Shown in pieces: positions 37,927-49,376 of a stretch of DNA of 64,000 nt. Below the pieces are notes generated by a model. It was not told the DNA's origin. It made no database searches and saw nothing but the letters and a program-made list of their open reading frames with translations. The DNA comes from a virus. Taxonomy: Duplodnaviria > Caudoviricetes. The position numbers were made by a program, and so were the translations under genes. Numbering within the stretch: the stretch's first letter is position 1; every line of letters begins with the position of its first letter. The DNA is taken from the IMG/VR virus record IMGVR_UViG_3300037067_015496, positions 7,629 through 71,628 of that record; one strand, 5' to 3'.

Positions 37927-40900
37927 TTAAAATGAGATGCCCTGCATATTAATACAACTTCCTCCATCACACCAATTTTTACCATTAGATGTCCTATATC
38001 TTATTGTCGCACCAGCACTAATATTACCATTCTGCATAACTCTATCCCATACAGTAATAATAGTTCCGTCTGGAATCCATCCTTCATTATCTACGTAATG
38101 TAATTTTTCTGCTAGTGCCGTATATCCAGCCGATAAATCTTCTAATAAAAATGCCATGCCATCTATATCTTCAGCCGGAGTAGATGTTCCACCAGCAACC
38201 CATACACCTCTAGCCCTATCCCATTTAGCATCTAAAGGTCCAACAGGCCATAACTTGGAGTTTTGTAAATAATTAGGATGAAAATTTTCAGTTAAATCCC
38301 CAGTAGCAAAAATTCCATTGGATATATTGGCTAGTGTATCTACTGAATTTGGTATGGGTTTATTATCGGTATCATATCCCCATCCATGTATTACTAATGG
38401 CCCACGCAAAGCCATAAAACGATAATCAAGTGCCCTGCCCTGAGCATTAATATTGTCGTCTCCACTTAATGATGATCCATTTGCTAATATATCTATATTA
38501 TGACCATATTGAAATGGATTTAAATCATCAACTGTTATAACCCCCGTACTGCTAGTAATGTCCGCAAATCTTGGTAGATTTCCATCACCACCTACTGAAA
38601 CTGGGCTTAATAATCCATCAAAACTCATCATAGACTTATTGCCATAATTTAGTTGTTCTGCCGGAATCTCATAAATAGGCATGGAAGCAATAATATTACG
38701 TGTTCCTGTGGTTAATCCCCCAGTACCCGAAACTATAATAGATAATGATTCTCCAACCCATACTTCATGTGGGCTTTTACCGCCTTGAACAACGCCTTCT
38801 TTTTTAATAGAATCTTCATAATTATACATTCTCTTAAAATCAGTATTTAATGAAGAAAGTTCAATTTTACGAGCATCAAATCTTCGTTGCCCACGATCAA
38901 ATTTACCAATCTTTTGGCTTAAAGTAGCCATTTTATTAAAACGATCAGCATTATATTTAGCCATCGTTCCAAATTTTGGTGTAAAAGTTCTCATTTGATA
39001 GGTAGTTTGAACACCTTGTGCACTAAAGGTGGTAGAAATTGATGTAATATTTGGCCCATATGTGCCAGTCCAAGGAGTAAGTGATGTATGATATACGCTA
39101 GACGATAAAGTACCAACTGTTACTGTTTCACTATTAGCTGTTCTACTTGCTAATGGTATATGCGTTGATCCTAATTCAGCACCTAATCCAAAAGTAGGAT
39201 ATCCAGGAGAAGTAATACTGCCTATACCTAATGATTGGCTAATAGATAATGATTCGTAAGCAAGTCCACTAGCAACGGAATTTAAGCCATCTATGCTACC
39301 GTAATTCCAGGGCACTAAATTCTCATCAACCTTCAAAGAAATGGCTCCTGGTGCTCCTAAATAGCCCCAGGGACCATAATTCATCAAATTGTTTTTAATG
39401 CCTATGGCAGCAGCATTGGGTATGAGATATGGAGCTAATAATTGCCCAAACATATTTTTGCTAGCAACACCACTAAATGTTTTATTTACGACATTTTTTA
39501 AATCCATTAAAGATGAGGTCCCACTACCACTAGGATAAGCAACTTCTAATGCCTTTATCAGCATATTAATACATTCTGGAATAGCATCGTCTTGATAATA
39601 TTTAATAGGCTGTCCTAATGATATCACTGCTCTTGGCCCGGTTAATCCAGTTGGGTCTTCAAATACAATGCCCTCTTCCACTGTACATCCAACATATAAT
39701 CCACTATTATATACTACGTAAGAATTTGGGTCCATACCACGAGCATCAAAAGTTGGAAATCCTGTAGCATGACCTGCAACACCCGTAGGGACTCCATATC
39801 CACTTATTTGGATACCATCAATTCGCACAAATGACTTAATTCTTCCATCGTCTGTTTTAAAGATATCCATATACATAGCGTCATCACCAACAGTAGGTAA
39901 TCCTAAAACTGTAGTTTGTTCACTATATCCCTCAGAGCATGGTAAATCAGTATAAGTAATTTCACCAGTCAACGGGTCAGATTTAAAATAACTATAGGGC
40001 AACTTAACCATATATTTACGACCAAAATATTCACTGGCAAAACTACCAATAAAATTAAATAATGATTGTAAATCATCATCTAATTTGGCATATGAAGCAT
40101 TAGTCGTAGCTGGATGGAAAAATGCACTTTCGTATTTAGTCCTAAAATCTCTAATAGCAATATTTAATAAATCTTTGTTAGCACCGGCAGCAATTCTTTT
40201 TGCTTCATATTCATTAATCAATTCTACAAGCTTCTTTAATGTTTTAGTAGTAGAACACGCCTCTGGTAGTCCGCTATCGATAGCTATAATTTTATAACTA
40301 TCACTATCGAGTGTTTCTGCTATAAAGAGCCAACTATCATAACCAGATAGGGCGGCTTGTAGTTCTAATTCTGTAATTTTTATGGTTGTTCTAGTGGTGG
40401 TTAAAACACCCTTCAATGATCTGATTAAATTATCAGTCGGAATATCAAATTCCCACCATCTATTATTTTCATTCCATACGGGCATTACTATGGCAGGTGG
40501 AAGATTATATATTTCCTGATGTTTAAAGCCCATAAATGGCTCTAATATATTAGCTCCACCATAAGTGGCTGTATTCCCATATATATCATCAACTTGATAA
40601 ATGGTATTTTTTTGCCCACCTATAATAAAAGTAGACGTTGGCGAAGTACGAAGTTCCTGCCCACTACTATAAGAATTAATGGGCACAGTTGCACTATTAA
40701 TATAAGAGTCAATTAAATAAGAACTATTTACAATATTTCTCGCTATAGTTCGCACTTTAATAAATTTAACCACGCCATCACTAGAAGCAACGTGTCCAGT
40801 ATCTTTAACAAAGACTAATTCTATATAAAAATCATAATTGGTTAATTCGCACACTTGCGTAATTAAATCTAATACACTAATATTATTTGTATTAAATGAC

Positions 40901-41703
40901 CACAATGTAGGAATATTTGGCAATTCATCAATATCTAACACATAGGTACTATTAGTGCTCCAATCTGCTAAGATCAATCCGCATGTAGTAACCATTAAAG
41001 CATCAGACAGCCCTTTATATACAATACGCCCATAGGCACAAAAGTCGTTGGCTGGCATAATGGGGAAAGCACACATCATAAGCTGCAAACCCTTACGCAG
41101 TGTGGGCCACGGTATGCCATTTTTAGTGGACGAAGAACCACCAAAACCACCAGATAAACTGCCAAAACCAGCACCATCAGGACCAAGATTGCCCTCTACA
41201 TATTCGCCATCTACTAAGGAAATGGGCGGTACGGCTTCGCCACAATATTCGAGCAATCCATATAAATTGAATAAATTAATAACACCATTTGTAGCCCCCG
41301 TATAATCTCCAATAATAAGTTGAGTGCCTTCCAAAATTAATCGAGGGTCAACCAACTTAACAGAATAAATATTTCCGCCATCTGAGTATTTATGCTCCCA
41401 GCTTTGAATAATACCAGAAAATTCAAAATCTCCTAAACAAAAATATGCAGGGCAACCTATAATGTCGTGTGTTAATCCAATAAAGCCGGGATCGGCATTA
41501 TACCATAAAGATTCTGTTAAATCTCCCAAAAAATATCTTTTACCAGCAATAGATGGTGCTGTGTCTTCTACTAATTGGACTGATATTTCTGATACCTGAG
41601 AACCTTGTCCAAGAGTAGAATCAAAAGATATCACACTACAACCCAAAAATAAGGCATGTGTGTATGGTCCATAAATACTAGCTGGTGTTATATTTGTAAT
41701 CAT
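37927..41703 (-). CDS. Tail tip/baseplate hub-like protein
   Basis: 1258 aa, second gene after the tape measure. Function inferred from synteny. Confidence 0.6.
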   Translation of the reverse strand: MITNITPASIYGPYTHALFLGCSVISFDSTLGQGSQVSEISVQLVEDTAPSIAGKRYFLGDLTESLWYNADPGFIGLTHDIIGCPAYFCLGDFEFSGIIQSWEHKYSDGGNIYSVKLVDPRLILEGTQLIIGDYTGATNGVINLFNLYGLLEYCGEAVPPISLVDGEYVEGNLGPDGAGFGSLSGGFGGSSSTKNGIPWPTLRKGLQLMMCAFPIMPANDFCAYGRIVYKGLSDALMVTTCGLILADWSTNSTYVLDIDELPNIPTLWSFNTNNISVLDLITQVCELTNYDFYIELVFVKDTGHVASSDGVVKFIKVRTIARNIVNSSYLIDSYINSATVPINSYSSGQELRTSPTSTFIIGGQKNTIYQVDDIYGNTATYGGANILEPFMGFKHQEIYNLPPAIVMPVWNENNRWWEFDIPTDNLIRSLKGVLTTTRTTIKITELELQAALSGYDSWLFIAETLDSDSYKIIAIDSGLPEACSTTKTLKKLVELINEYEAKRIAAGANKDLLNIAIRDFRTKYESAFFHPATTNASYAKLDDDLQSLFNFIGSFASEYFGRKYMVKLPYSYFKSDPLTGEITYTDLPCSEGYSEQTTVLGLPTVGDDAMYMDIFKTDDGRIKSFVRIDGIQISGYGVPTGVAGHATGFPTFDARGMDPNSYVVYNSGLYVGCTVEEGIVFEDPTGLTGPRAVISLGQPIKYYQDDAIPECINMLIKALEVAYPSGSGTSSLMDLKNVVNKTFSGVASKNMFGQLLAPYLIPNAAAIGIKNNLMNYGPWGYLGAPGAISLKVDENLVPWNYGSIDGLNSVASGLAYESLSISQSLGIGSITSPGYPTFGLGAELGSTHIPLASRTANSETVTVGTLSSSVYHTSLTPWTGTYGPNITSISTTFSAQGVQTTYQMRTFTPKFGTMAKYNADRFNKMATLSQKIGKFDRGQRRFDARKIELSSLNTDFKRMYNYEDSIKKEGVVQGGKSPHEVWVGESLSIIVSGTGGLTTGTRNIIASMPIYEIPAEQLNYGNKSMMSFDGLLSPVSVGGDGNLPRFADITSSTGVITVDDLNPFQYGHNIDILANGSSLSGDDNINAQGRALDYRFMALRGPLVIHGWGYDTDNKPIPNSVDTLANISNGIFATGDLTENFHPNYLQNSKLWPVGPLDAKWDRARGVWVAGGTSTPAEDIDGMAFLLEDLSAGYTALAEKLHYVDNEGWIPDGTIITVWDRVMQNGNISAGATIRYRTSNGKNWCDGGSCINMQGISF

Positions 41704-41705
41704 AA

Positions 41706-43127
41706 TTATTGTGCCACGCTTGGTGTGGTTGTATCAGAAACTGATTGCCATGTCCATGCTACATTTCTTGAATATTTTCCGTTATGTGGTGTCCACGATT
41801 CAACATCGTGACTTAAAAAGACCTGTCCAACACCAACTATGCCCGTTAAATTATTTTGTATTGGTTGTAAAATTCCAGTTACAACATCGGTTCTTGGGCT
41901 AGATAATAATGCCGATATGGAAGAGCTATTAGTAATCGGAACTGAAATTTCCACACTAACTTCTCTTATATGTTCTGTTTTAGTTCCAAAGGATTGTAAA
42001 ACTGGGCCTTGTAAACGTCCAGGAACATTAATTTTTGCCACAACATCTTGTGGATTAGTATCATTAATAACTATAATTTCATTTAGTGCATTAGCAACAC
42101 AATTATACGATCTATTATTATACTCATAATTATAATTAATAGTACCATTATGAGTATTGTATCCTATACTTTTACTCATTGGAGTAATATGTAAATCGCT
42201 TATTCCTCCAATTGTCATTGCTCTATTATATAATGATCCCGATATTGAATTAAAATATCCACTAGCAGCGGCATATTTAGATGTCGTAATACTTAAGTTT
42301 GAACCGCTATAATTTCTTGTTTCATATCCTTGAATAGTACCGTCTATATTTATCGACTTGATAGATGAATCTACACTTTCTTTTAAACTTACAGTATAAT
42401 CTTCAGTTGCAGCAGTGCTACTACCCAAAATAAGCCAATTTTCTGCGACACTATAACTATTATTCTTTGGGTTGTCTTGGACAGAACGTATGTGATTTAC
42501 GGCAGAAGTATTACCAACAGCCATAAAATTAATCACACCACCCTGATATATTTTATTATAATCATATCCAAGTAAAGATGTTACAATATTTTTTGCATGT
42601 TGATATCCAGATGGACCATACCAATTTAATCCCTTTGCAGAAACATTGTGTGTTAATCTACCGACATATGGATTAACTGATATTCCGCTATAATATGCCC
42701 TGTCATCTAAAAACTCAAAAGACCAATCTTCATTAAGTTCGCTTAAATAATTACCGCTATAGTTTATACTTAAATCAGGGATAGTAAATTGTATATTATA
42801 TTTAGATGATTTACTCCAGTGGTCGGATGTATCACTAAAATTTATACTGCTATATATTGGAGTGCCGCTAAACAATATTATACTATCGTGCTTAACTACA
42901 AAGCCACTGCCATTTATTTTAACAGCATTTAATAGTCCGCTCTGCATTCCCATTACGCCAGTCAAACTAAAAGTGGCATCATTAATATTTATTAGCGTTC
43001 CATCTAGAGTTACGTTTAGAATAGCCCCCAACATATCCCCATTGGGATTATTATGATACTCTCTAGTAATATTCATCATTGGCATAGGGATAAATGAATA
43101 TGCCCCATAGGTCATTGTATTGCTCAT
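41706..43127 (-). CDS. Distal tail-like protein
   Basis: 473 aa Ser/Thr/Asn-rich beta protein directly after the tape measure. Confidence 0.55.
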   Translation of the reverse strand: MSNTMTYGAYSFIPMPMMNITREYHNNPNGDMLGAILNVTLDGTLININDATFSLTGVMGMQSGLLNAVKINGSGFVVKHDSIILFSGTPIYSSINFSDTSDHWSKSSKYNIQFTIPDLSINYSGNYLSELNEDWSFEFLDDRAYYSGISVNPYVGRLTHNVSAKGLNWYGPSGYQHAKNIVTSLLGYDYNKIYQGGVINFMAVGNTSAVNHIRSVQDNPKNNSYSVAENWLILGSSTAATEDYTVSLKESVDSSIKSINIDGTIQGYETRNYSGSNLSITTSKYAAASGYFNSISGSLYNRAMTIGGISDLHITPMSKSIGYNTHNGTINYNYEYNNRSYNCVANALNEIIVINDTNPQDVVAKINVPGRLQGPVLQSFGTKTEHIREVSVEISVPITNSSSISALLSSPRTDVVTGILQPIQNNLTGIVGVGQVFLSHDVESWTPHNGKYSRNVAWTWQSVSDTTTPSVAQ

Positions 43128-43128
43128 A

Positions 43129-46100
43129 TTATCCCCTTCTTTGTCCTTCTGGAGTAAATTGGAAATTCATTTGATCTTCAATCATTGCTTTAATTTTTGG
43201 CTCTAATGATGCAAATACTTCGGCACCATTAATATTGACGTTTACATCATGTCTGCCTTCAAATAGAATTTTTTCAGGGATTTTAGTAGAGGCAAGTAAA
43301 CCAACGGTATTAGCTAATTTATCAATATTGGGACCAAGGGAATCCATAGATTTTAACAAGATATCTAAATTAGTCGCACCCACTTCTCTAGTGCCCCTTT
43401 CCATAGCTGTAGCATTATTTAATCCTCCCTGCAAAGCTGACCAAGCACCAGTAGCTTTTTGTTTTAATATATCTTCTTGAGCAGTTTGAGCATTAGTAAT
43501 AGCACCACTAGCTTGTAACTGCAATTCCTGTTTTTGTCTTTCCATACCGCCGATAATACCCGCACCTAAAAGATTCGGATTTTGATTGACTCGACTCATA
43601 ATGCTGGGGTCTAAAGTAGATAATATACTTCCTATTGCACCGCCACCCGATAATACTCCGGCTTGATCTCTGTCTGCAATTTGACCTCCGGTAGCTGCAC
43701 CCAAGAATGCCCCACCCTGTCTCATGGCTTTCATCAATTCAATACCCTGCATTCCAGCTAAACCACCAAGCGTACTTTTAAAAGTACTTTGCTTATTTAA
43801 TATTTCACTATGTTTTTGCATAATGGTAGATAGGGCAGAATTAACATCTGATAATCTTTTTTGTATTTCGGTATTGGCACCAATAGCTAAATTAAGTGCC
43901 ATTAATTCTGGATTTTTTGCTATATCAGTATTTCCTTCAGTTCGTAATTTTTGTTCTAGAGCAGTACGTTGATTGAGTAATTCAGCTTGTTTAGTACCAA
44001 CACTAAAAGCACTAAGTGGATTTACATTACCAACACTGCGATTATACATTTGTATTTCTGCAACTCTTGGTGCATTTAATTCAGCTAAACTTAACTCTCT
44101 GCCACTCATTCCAACTACTTGATTTCTAGCACCTGCTATACCACCAGCAAATCCGGCTGCTTCTAATTGTATCTGTGATGTATTCTGATAAAACTGATTA
44201 GTAGCTGCTAAAGCCATTTGTCCAGCCTTAATCATATTTTCACTCATATTTTTAGCAGCTTCTTCACTAGATTTAAATGCCGGAGCTAATTTTTTAACCT
44301 CGTCTGTAAATTTAGTCATCTTGGTCTGAAAATCTTGATCCAATTGACCAGGGGCACCAGCATCTAAGGTATTAGTAATAGTTTGCATACTATCTGCCAT
44401 AGTTTTTGGTAGTTGTATACCCATATCGGCTAAAGTTTTTTTCCATATATCATTAATATTTTGCCCAGACACTCTTTCGTCAGCATTTTTTTGCAATGCT
44501 TGCAAAAATTCTGGACCTTCAAAAACTTTAGAAGCCATGACCGTATTGGTTAACTCTGGTCCGGCACTAATTCTTTTTAAAGCTGCAATTATTTCATCAT
44601 TACTATAAGCCTTCATATTAGCAAATGGATTTAAATCTACATTACCCGCAGTAAAAGCACGTCCTTCTAAACTAGCTTGCCCTCTTTGAATATCTAAATT
44701 ATTTTTAGTAGTAAATGTTTCGCCCACCCGATTGCTTAAAGCCGACATCATCATAAACTTTTCATTTAAAAAGTCTAATGCATTGCCATACTTCTTTAAG
44801 GCATCAGTCATTAATTTTTGTTTATTGATAATTTCTTGTTCTGTAGAAATAACAGTCATGCCCATACGGAGTAATGCAGCAGAAATTTCTTTAGCTTTTT
44901 GAGCTTCTGTTTTTCTTGTGTCCTGTTCAATATTTTGTATATATTCTCTATTGCGTACTCCACTTGGTCCAGAATAAGCAACCGATCTAATTAAATCTTT
45001 TTGCTTACTTCCAAATTCTGTCAATTGTGTATTTTTTAATGCATCAAACTTATTGCTAATACCTCCCGTTTGGAATAAAACATTTCCCTTACTCATTAAA
45101 GAGCTAATATATTTCATACTTTGATCGGTAATCGGACGCATATCTTCTATATCTTTTACTGCTTGTCCTTTACGACTTATTTTAATGTCTTTAATTTGCT
45201 GATTAATAGCATCCTCAGAAAACCATGTTGCAACTCTATCTTTTAATCCGCCAAAGTTCATATAGCCTGGAGTTCTATTTCTAGCCTTATCTAACTGCTC
45301 TCCATAGCTTACTCTCTCGGCATTTTCTGGTCCGGTAGCCCTACTAAGCGATTGATATAAACCACCACTCTCTGCTTCATTTCTACGATTTAGCTCCCTA
45401 GCAGCAAATACATTACCAGCAGTTTCATTGGGCCTAAAAATATCTCCGCCTTTCATGGCTTCATCTATAGAACTAGATAAAGATGTTAAACTATTTTCTA
45501 ATACTTTAGCTGATGCCGCTATTTTATCAGCTTTCAATCCAGCTATAAAGGAATCAATAGCAATACCCACACCAGCTACTATGCCTGCACCACCAGCCAC
45601 CCCACCAGAAGCACCTAACATACCAAGCATACCGGCAGTACCCAAGCCAGCCTGTGCTCCTTGAACAACTGAAGAATCTTCTATGCCAAATCCTTGAGCA
45701 ATCATGCCCATACCCATACTTGCACCCATAAGTCCAGTAGGAGTGCCAAGTGATTTCACACCACCGGCTATCCTAGATTTAAAACTGCCATATCCTTGTT
45801 TTAATCGTTGTCTAAAAGGAATTGGTGGTGTTGGCAATTCTTGAACATTTGCATTAGACCAAGCCTCTTCTGGAATAATTCTGGAACCCCAATAAGTAGG
45901 ACCATATGCTGCCCTCTTACCCATTCCACTAATATCACTCTGTCTATAACTAGCCCGACCAGTTGGAGGTAATGTTGGAATACCGCTTAGTGCCTTTTGC
46001 TCTTGTTCTCTTAATTTATTAGTAACAGCATTAAACACTTCTTTAGCTTGTTTATCGGCTTGTTCTCTAGCCCATTGATTAGCTTTAAGACTATACATAT

Positions 46101-48111
46101 TAATACGAGGGGCACCCCTAGTCAAATTTATTGGTTCTCTTACTACCCCTGGAGTGCCGCCGATTAATTCTTGCGGTAATGGCTGTGATTGCCTTCTTGC
46201 TATTTCATTTTCATATGCTGCGTCAGTAGCCTTATTTAATCTATGAATTGCCATAATTTCATCACTTAGTGCTTTAGTGATTAATTTTCTGGCTTGTATT
46301 TCTGCTATAATAGCATCATCATTAGGTAGGTCTTTACTAGAACGTACATTACGATAATCATCGTCCCATCCGCCCCCTCTGACTGCACCATAATAGGTTC
46401 TTCCACTAGTCACTATACCACCAGCCGCATAACCTCTAGTATTCATCAAGGATAACTTACCATATCCAATAGCCTGAGCAGCAGTGCGTTTAATAACAAA
46501 TTCACCAGGAGTTAACATTGCTGGTACGGTATCTCCCATTCCTTCGCCCGGAACAATACCACCACTAGCCATCCTACTAGCTCTACCTTTTAATCCAGCA
46601 GCAATACCAGGAATTGCCGTTGTCATCCACTGAAAACCTTTAATAGCTGCTAATGTACCAAGCATTGGTAACAATGGGGTTAGGGCATGTCCAACCGAAA
46701 TTAGACCTTTAGCCAGTTCCATAGCAATGGTGGCAAAATTCTTAAAACTAGAAGAATCAGCTATATCTCTAATTAAAGCAAGAAAAGATTCATGTACTTT
46801 AGTTAGCTGTACTGCTAAAGCTTGTTGACCAATGATAGCTGCCTCATTAACAGAATTTAATCCGTTTTCAGCAACGGACATAGCCTTCATTCTAACTTCT
46901 GCCTGAGTAATATAGGGCAATACCTTACTGATTTGTCGAATACCACCGAGTTGTTCAGCTATTTGTGCAAACTGTCCACTGCGAGGGTCCATATTTGAAA
47001 GGGCAGTGCCTAATCTATTAGCAGCCTCATAAGGACCAACAAATCTACCTTCTAAATCTTGTAGTTCAATACCTAAATTACGTAATTGGGCAATGGTTTC
47101 AGGACGCTGAATACGCACAAAAATTGTTCTCAAACCAGTAGCAATGGTTTCAGCACTTTCACGGGTTGTAGCTCGTATAGATGTAAATACAGCAATAAAT
47201 TGTTGCAATTGTTTCATGGGTTCAACAGTGCCTTGTGAAGACATGGCAAAAACACCACCAGTACGTTTAATAGCATCTACAATATCTTTACTTTCAACGG
47301 CAAATTGGGCAGATACGGCATTAATAGAGCCAAGTGCCGCCTCCATATCTTTAGCCCCTAGTTTAAATTGAGCCATAGAAGCAATGACAGCATCAGTAGT
47401 ATCAGTAATATTACCAAATGATGGGGCAATCATAGTCTTAGCTAAAGAAGCCATAATGGTTTGGGTGTCTTTAGTAGCTAAACCAGCTTCAGTAAGTGTT
47501 TGAGCCACCTTGCCTAATTCAGTAGATGACACACCCCACTTTGTACTTAGATTTCCTATTTCGGCAGCAAGATTTTGTGTATTCTTAGTTGTAGAGCCGG
47601 TCAACTGTTGAATTTTGACCATAGTACGCTCAAATTCAATAGACTCTTTGACAGCATTATTAATAGCTCCAACCATTCCGTATATAGCTGTAGCACCTAT
47701 GCTAAAACCAGCAAAACGTCTAATAGCTAAACCTGTTACGCGACCAAATTCTGCCAATTCACTAGTGGCACCGCTCACAACTGTCTTTGTTTTAGTAACA
47801 TGATTATTCAGATTGGCAATGCTATTAGCAGATACACTAGATTTACTATTAAAAGAAGAAACACTACCACTAAGTGCAGATAGTGCTCCGGCAGCACTCT
47901 TACCATTTCTAGTAATATTTATCAATTCTCGATTTAGCCCGACGAGTCCCTTTTGTAATAATGAGATTTGAGATTCTATACCACGAGGAATAGTGAGTGT
48001 AATAGGCACCTTAATACCACTTAATTGTGACTCTAACTTATTCCTAAAAGAAGACACATTAGATGGTCCACTGAGTAGTGCTTCTATTGTTATAGAAAAT
48101 GATTTGGCCAT
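43129..48111 (-). CDS. Tail tape measure protein
   Basis: 1660 aa helical Ala/Gly-rich protein; TP901-like core (EFERTMVKI...AVESKDIVDAIKRTGG); ASGGIV...DTVPAMLTPGEFVI motif. Confidence 0.92.
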   Translation of the reverse strand: MAKSFSITIEALLSGPSNVSSFRNKLESQLSGIKVPITLTIPRGIESQISLLQKGLVGLNRELINITRNGKSAAGALSALSGSVSSFNSKSSVSANSIANLNNHVTKTKTVVSGATSELAEFGRVTGLAIRRFAGFSIGATAIYGMVGAINNAVKESIEFERTMVKIQQLTGSTTKNTQNLAAEIGNLSTKWGVSSTELGKVAQTLTEAGLATKDTQTIMASLAKTMIAPSFGNITDTTDAVIASMAQFKLGAKDMEAALGSINAVSAQFAVESKDIVDAIKRTGGVFAMSSQGTVEPMKQLQQFIAVFTSIRATTRESAETIATGLRTIFVRIQRPETIAQLRNLGIELQDLEGRFVGPYEAANRLGTALSNMDPRSGQFAQIAEQLGGIRQISKVLPYITQAEVRMKAMSVAENGLNSVNEAAIIGQQALAVQLTKVHESFLALIRDIADSSSFKNFATIAMELAKGLISVGHALTPLLPMLGTLAAIKGFQWMTTAIPGIAAGLKGRASRMASGGIVPGEGMGDTVPAMLTPGEFVIKRTAAQAIGYGKLSLMNTRGYAAGGIVTSGRTYYGAVRGGGWDDDYRNVRSSKDLPNDDAIIAEIQARKLITKALSDEIMAIHRLNKATDAAYENEIARRQSQPLPQELIGGTPGVVREPINLTRGAPRINMYSLKANQWAREQADKQAKEVFNAVTNKLREQEQKALSGIPTLPPTGRASYRQSDISGMGKRAAYGPTYWGSRIIPEEAWSNANVQELPTPPIPFRQRLKQGYGSFKSRIAGGVKSLGTPTGLMGASMGMGMIAQGFGIEDSSVVQGAQAGLGTAGMLGMLGASGGVAGGAGIVAGVGIAIDSFIAGLKADKIAASAKVLENSLTSLSSSIDEAMKGGDIFRPNETAGNVFAARELNRRNEAESGGLYQSLSRATGPENAERVSYGEQLDKARNRTPGYMNFGGLKDRVATWFSEDAINQQIKDIKISRKGQAVKDIEDMRPITDQSMKYISSLMSKGNVLFQTGGISNKFDALKNTQLTEFGSKQKDLIRSVAYSGPSGVRNREYIQNIEQDTRKTEAQKAKEISAALLRMGMTVISTEQEIINKQKLMTDALKKYGNALDFLNEKFMMMSALSNRVGETFTTKNNLDIQRGQASLEGRAFTAGNVDLNPFANMKAYSNDEIIAALKRISAGPELTNTVMASKVFEGPEFLQALQKNADERVSGQNINDIWKKTLADMGIQLPKTMADSMQTITNTLDAGAPGQLDQDFQTKMTKFTDEVKKLAPAFKSSEEAAKNMSENMIKAGQMALAATNQFYQNTSQIQLEAAGFAGGIAGARNQVVGMSGRELSLAELNAPRVAEIQMYNRSVGNVNPLSAFSVGTKQAELLNQRTALEQKLRTEGNTDIAKNPELMALNLAIGANTEIQKRLSDVNSALSTIMQKHSEILNKQSTFKSTLGGLAGMQGIELMKAMRQGGAFLGAATGGQIADRDQAGVLSGGGAIGSILSTLDPSIMSRVNQNPNLLGAGIIGGMERQKQELQLQASGAITNAQTAQEDILKQKATGAWSALQGGLNNATAMERGTREVGATNLDILLKSMDSLGPNIDKLANTVGLLASTKIPEKILFEGRHDVNVNINGAEVFASLEPKIKAMIEDQMNFQFTPEGQRRG

Positions 48112-48127
48112 TATTTACTTCCCATAT

Positions 48128-48167
48128 AAAAAATGCGAATAGTACTGCATAAAGGAGCACTATCCGC
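48128..48167 (-). terminator. Intrinsic terminator upstream of the tape measure gene
   Basis: Minus strand GCGGATAGTGCT/AGTACTATTCGC 12 bp stem followed by ATTTTTT. Confidence 0.6.
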
Positions 48168-48194
48168 ATAAAACACTATCCGCTATCACGATTA

Positions 48195-49019
48195 TCATTC
48201 TGTTTTTTCGATAACCACTTTTTCAATAGGATTGCCGCTACTATCTAAAAATGGCTTGCGTTCAAAAATATAGTGTCCAGTATTATCAATCTTTATTCCG
48301 TTGATATCTACTCTATCACCACTCTCATTAACATAATAACCATCTTCAGTAATAAGTCGCCCATCCTCATCAATCAAATGTCCGTCTTTATTAATCAGCC
48401 GTAATTTATCGTCAACAAATCCATATTCGCTTAAAAATGCATTTTCTGCTAATCTTTTCTCTTCTTGTTGACTATTAAAACCATATAATAAACCACTCAG
48501 TGTGGTAGCAGCCCGAATAGGTAATTCAGCTAGTCCGGCTTCTAAGTATTCATCAAACGATTTCCACACCTGCTTTTCTGTATTATTATACACCAAAAAG
48601 GTACATGCATATACAAGATAATTAAATGATTGGTTATCGGCCTGTCCTTCAGCAGTGGTATTGTTAAGTTCAAGCTTTTCAGCTATAAGGATTCTTTGGT
48701 CAGCCCTTAATTTACGTAATTTAATAGCTATTTTACGAGCATCTTCAATATAAATGCCACCCTCTTCTAATTTACGTTCATTATCACATATTTCTTGTGC
48801 CAATGTATTATATTGTGCTTCTTTTTCATCGTTCCACAATCCCCTATCTCTCATTATTGTATTTAATTGTGCCTTTAAAATAGCTTTAGAAAGCAGTGCC
48901 TCTTGAAATACCGTATTCCGCACTTTTTGTGCTTCTCGCTGTTGATGTACATTTGGCATATACACCTTAAAATCACACATTTGTCCATTGTACATTGCTT
49001 GAAAAGTCTGAAATATCAT
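48195..49019 (-). CDS. Probable tail assembly chaperone
   Basis: Position between the tail tube and tape measure genes. C-terminal DxDG repeats (DKDG/DEDG). Confidence 0.5.
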   Translation of the reverse strand: MIFQTFQAMYNGQMCDFKVYMPNVHQQREAQKVRNTVFQEALLSKAILKAQLNTIMRDRGLWNDEKEAQYNTLAQEICDNERKLEEGGIYIEDARKIAIKLRKLRADQRILIAEKLELNNTTAEGQADNQSFNYLVYACTFLVYNNTEKQVWKSFDEYLEAGLAELPIRAATTLSGLLYGFNSQQEEKRLAENAFLSEYGFVDDKLRLINKDGHLIDEDGRLITEDGYYVNESGDRVDINGIKIDNTGHYIFERKPFLDSSGNPIEKVVIEKTE

Positions 49020-49375
49020 TATTGTTCTCCTTTTTTAACTATAAACTGCGTTTGATATCTCTCCCAGGTAATGGTATGATTACTTAATTCGTCCATAATG
49101 GCTCTGATTTGAGTATTTCCATTATTTAAAATTTTATTTCTAAGTGCCTGAAATTTTTCAAACCAATATTTACCATCTACTGACTGATCTTTATCATCCC
49201 ATAATTCGCTACCCAACATTTCTTCAATTTGGGCAATAGCACCTATCATAATAGTTTTACATTTCTTTTCAACAATATTCATTAAACGCCGCTTTGAATT
49301 TTGTTTAAATTTTTCTTCATGCATTTTCTTAATGGCATCGTGTTTACGCTTTAAAGAATAAAAGTCTTCACTCAT
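49019..49375 (-). CDS. Hypothetical protein
   Basis: 118 aa helical ORF in the tail operon. Confidence 0.65.
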   Translation of the reverse strand: MSEDFYSLKRKHDAIKKMHEEKFKQNSKRRLMNIVEKKCKTIMIGAIAQIEEMLGSELWDDKDQSVDGKYWFEKFQALRNKILNNGNTQIRAIMDELSNHTITWERYQTQFIVKKGEQ

Positions 49376-49376
49376 T

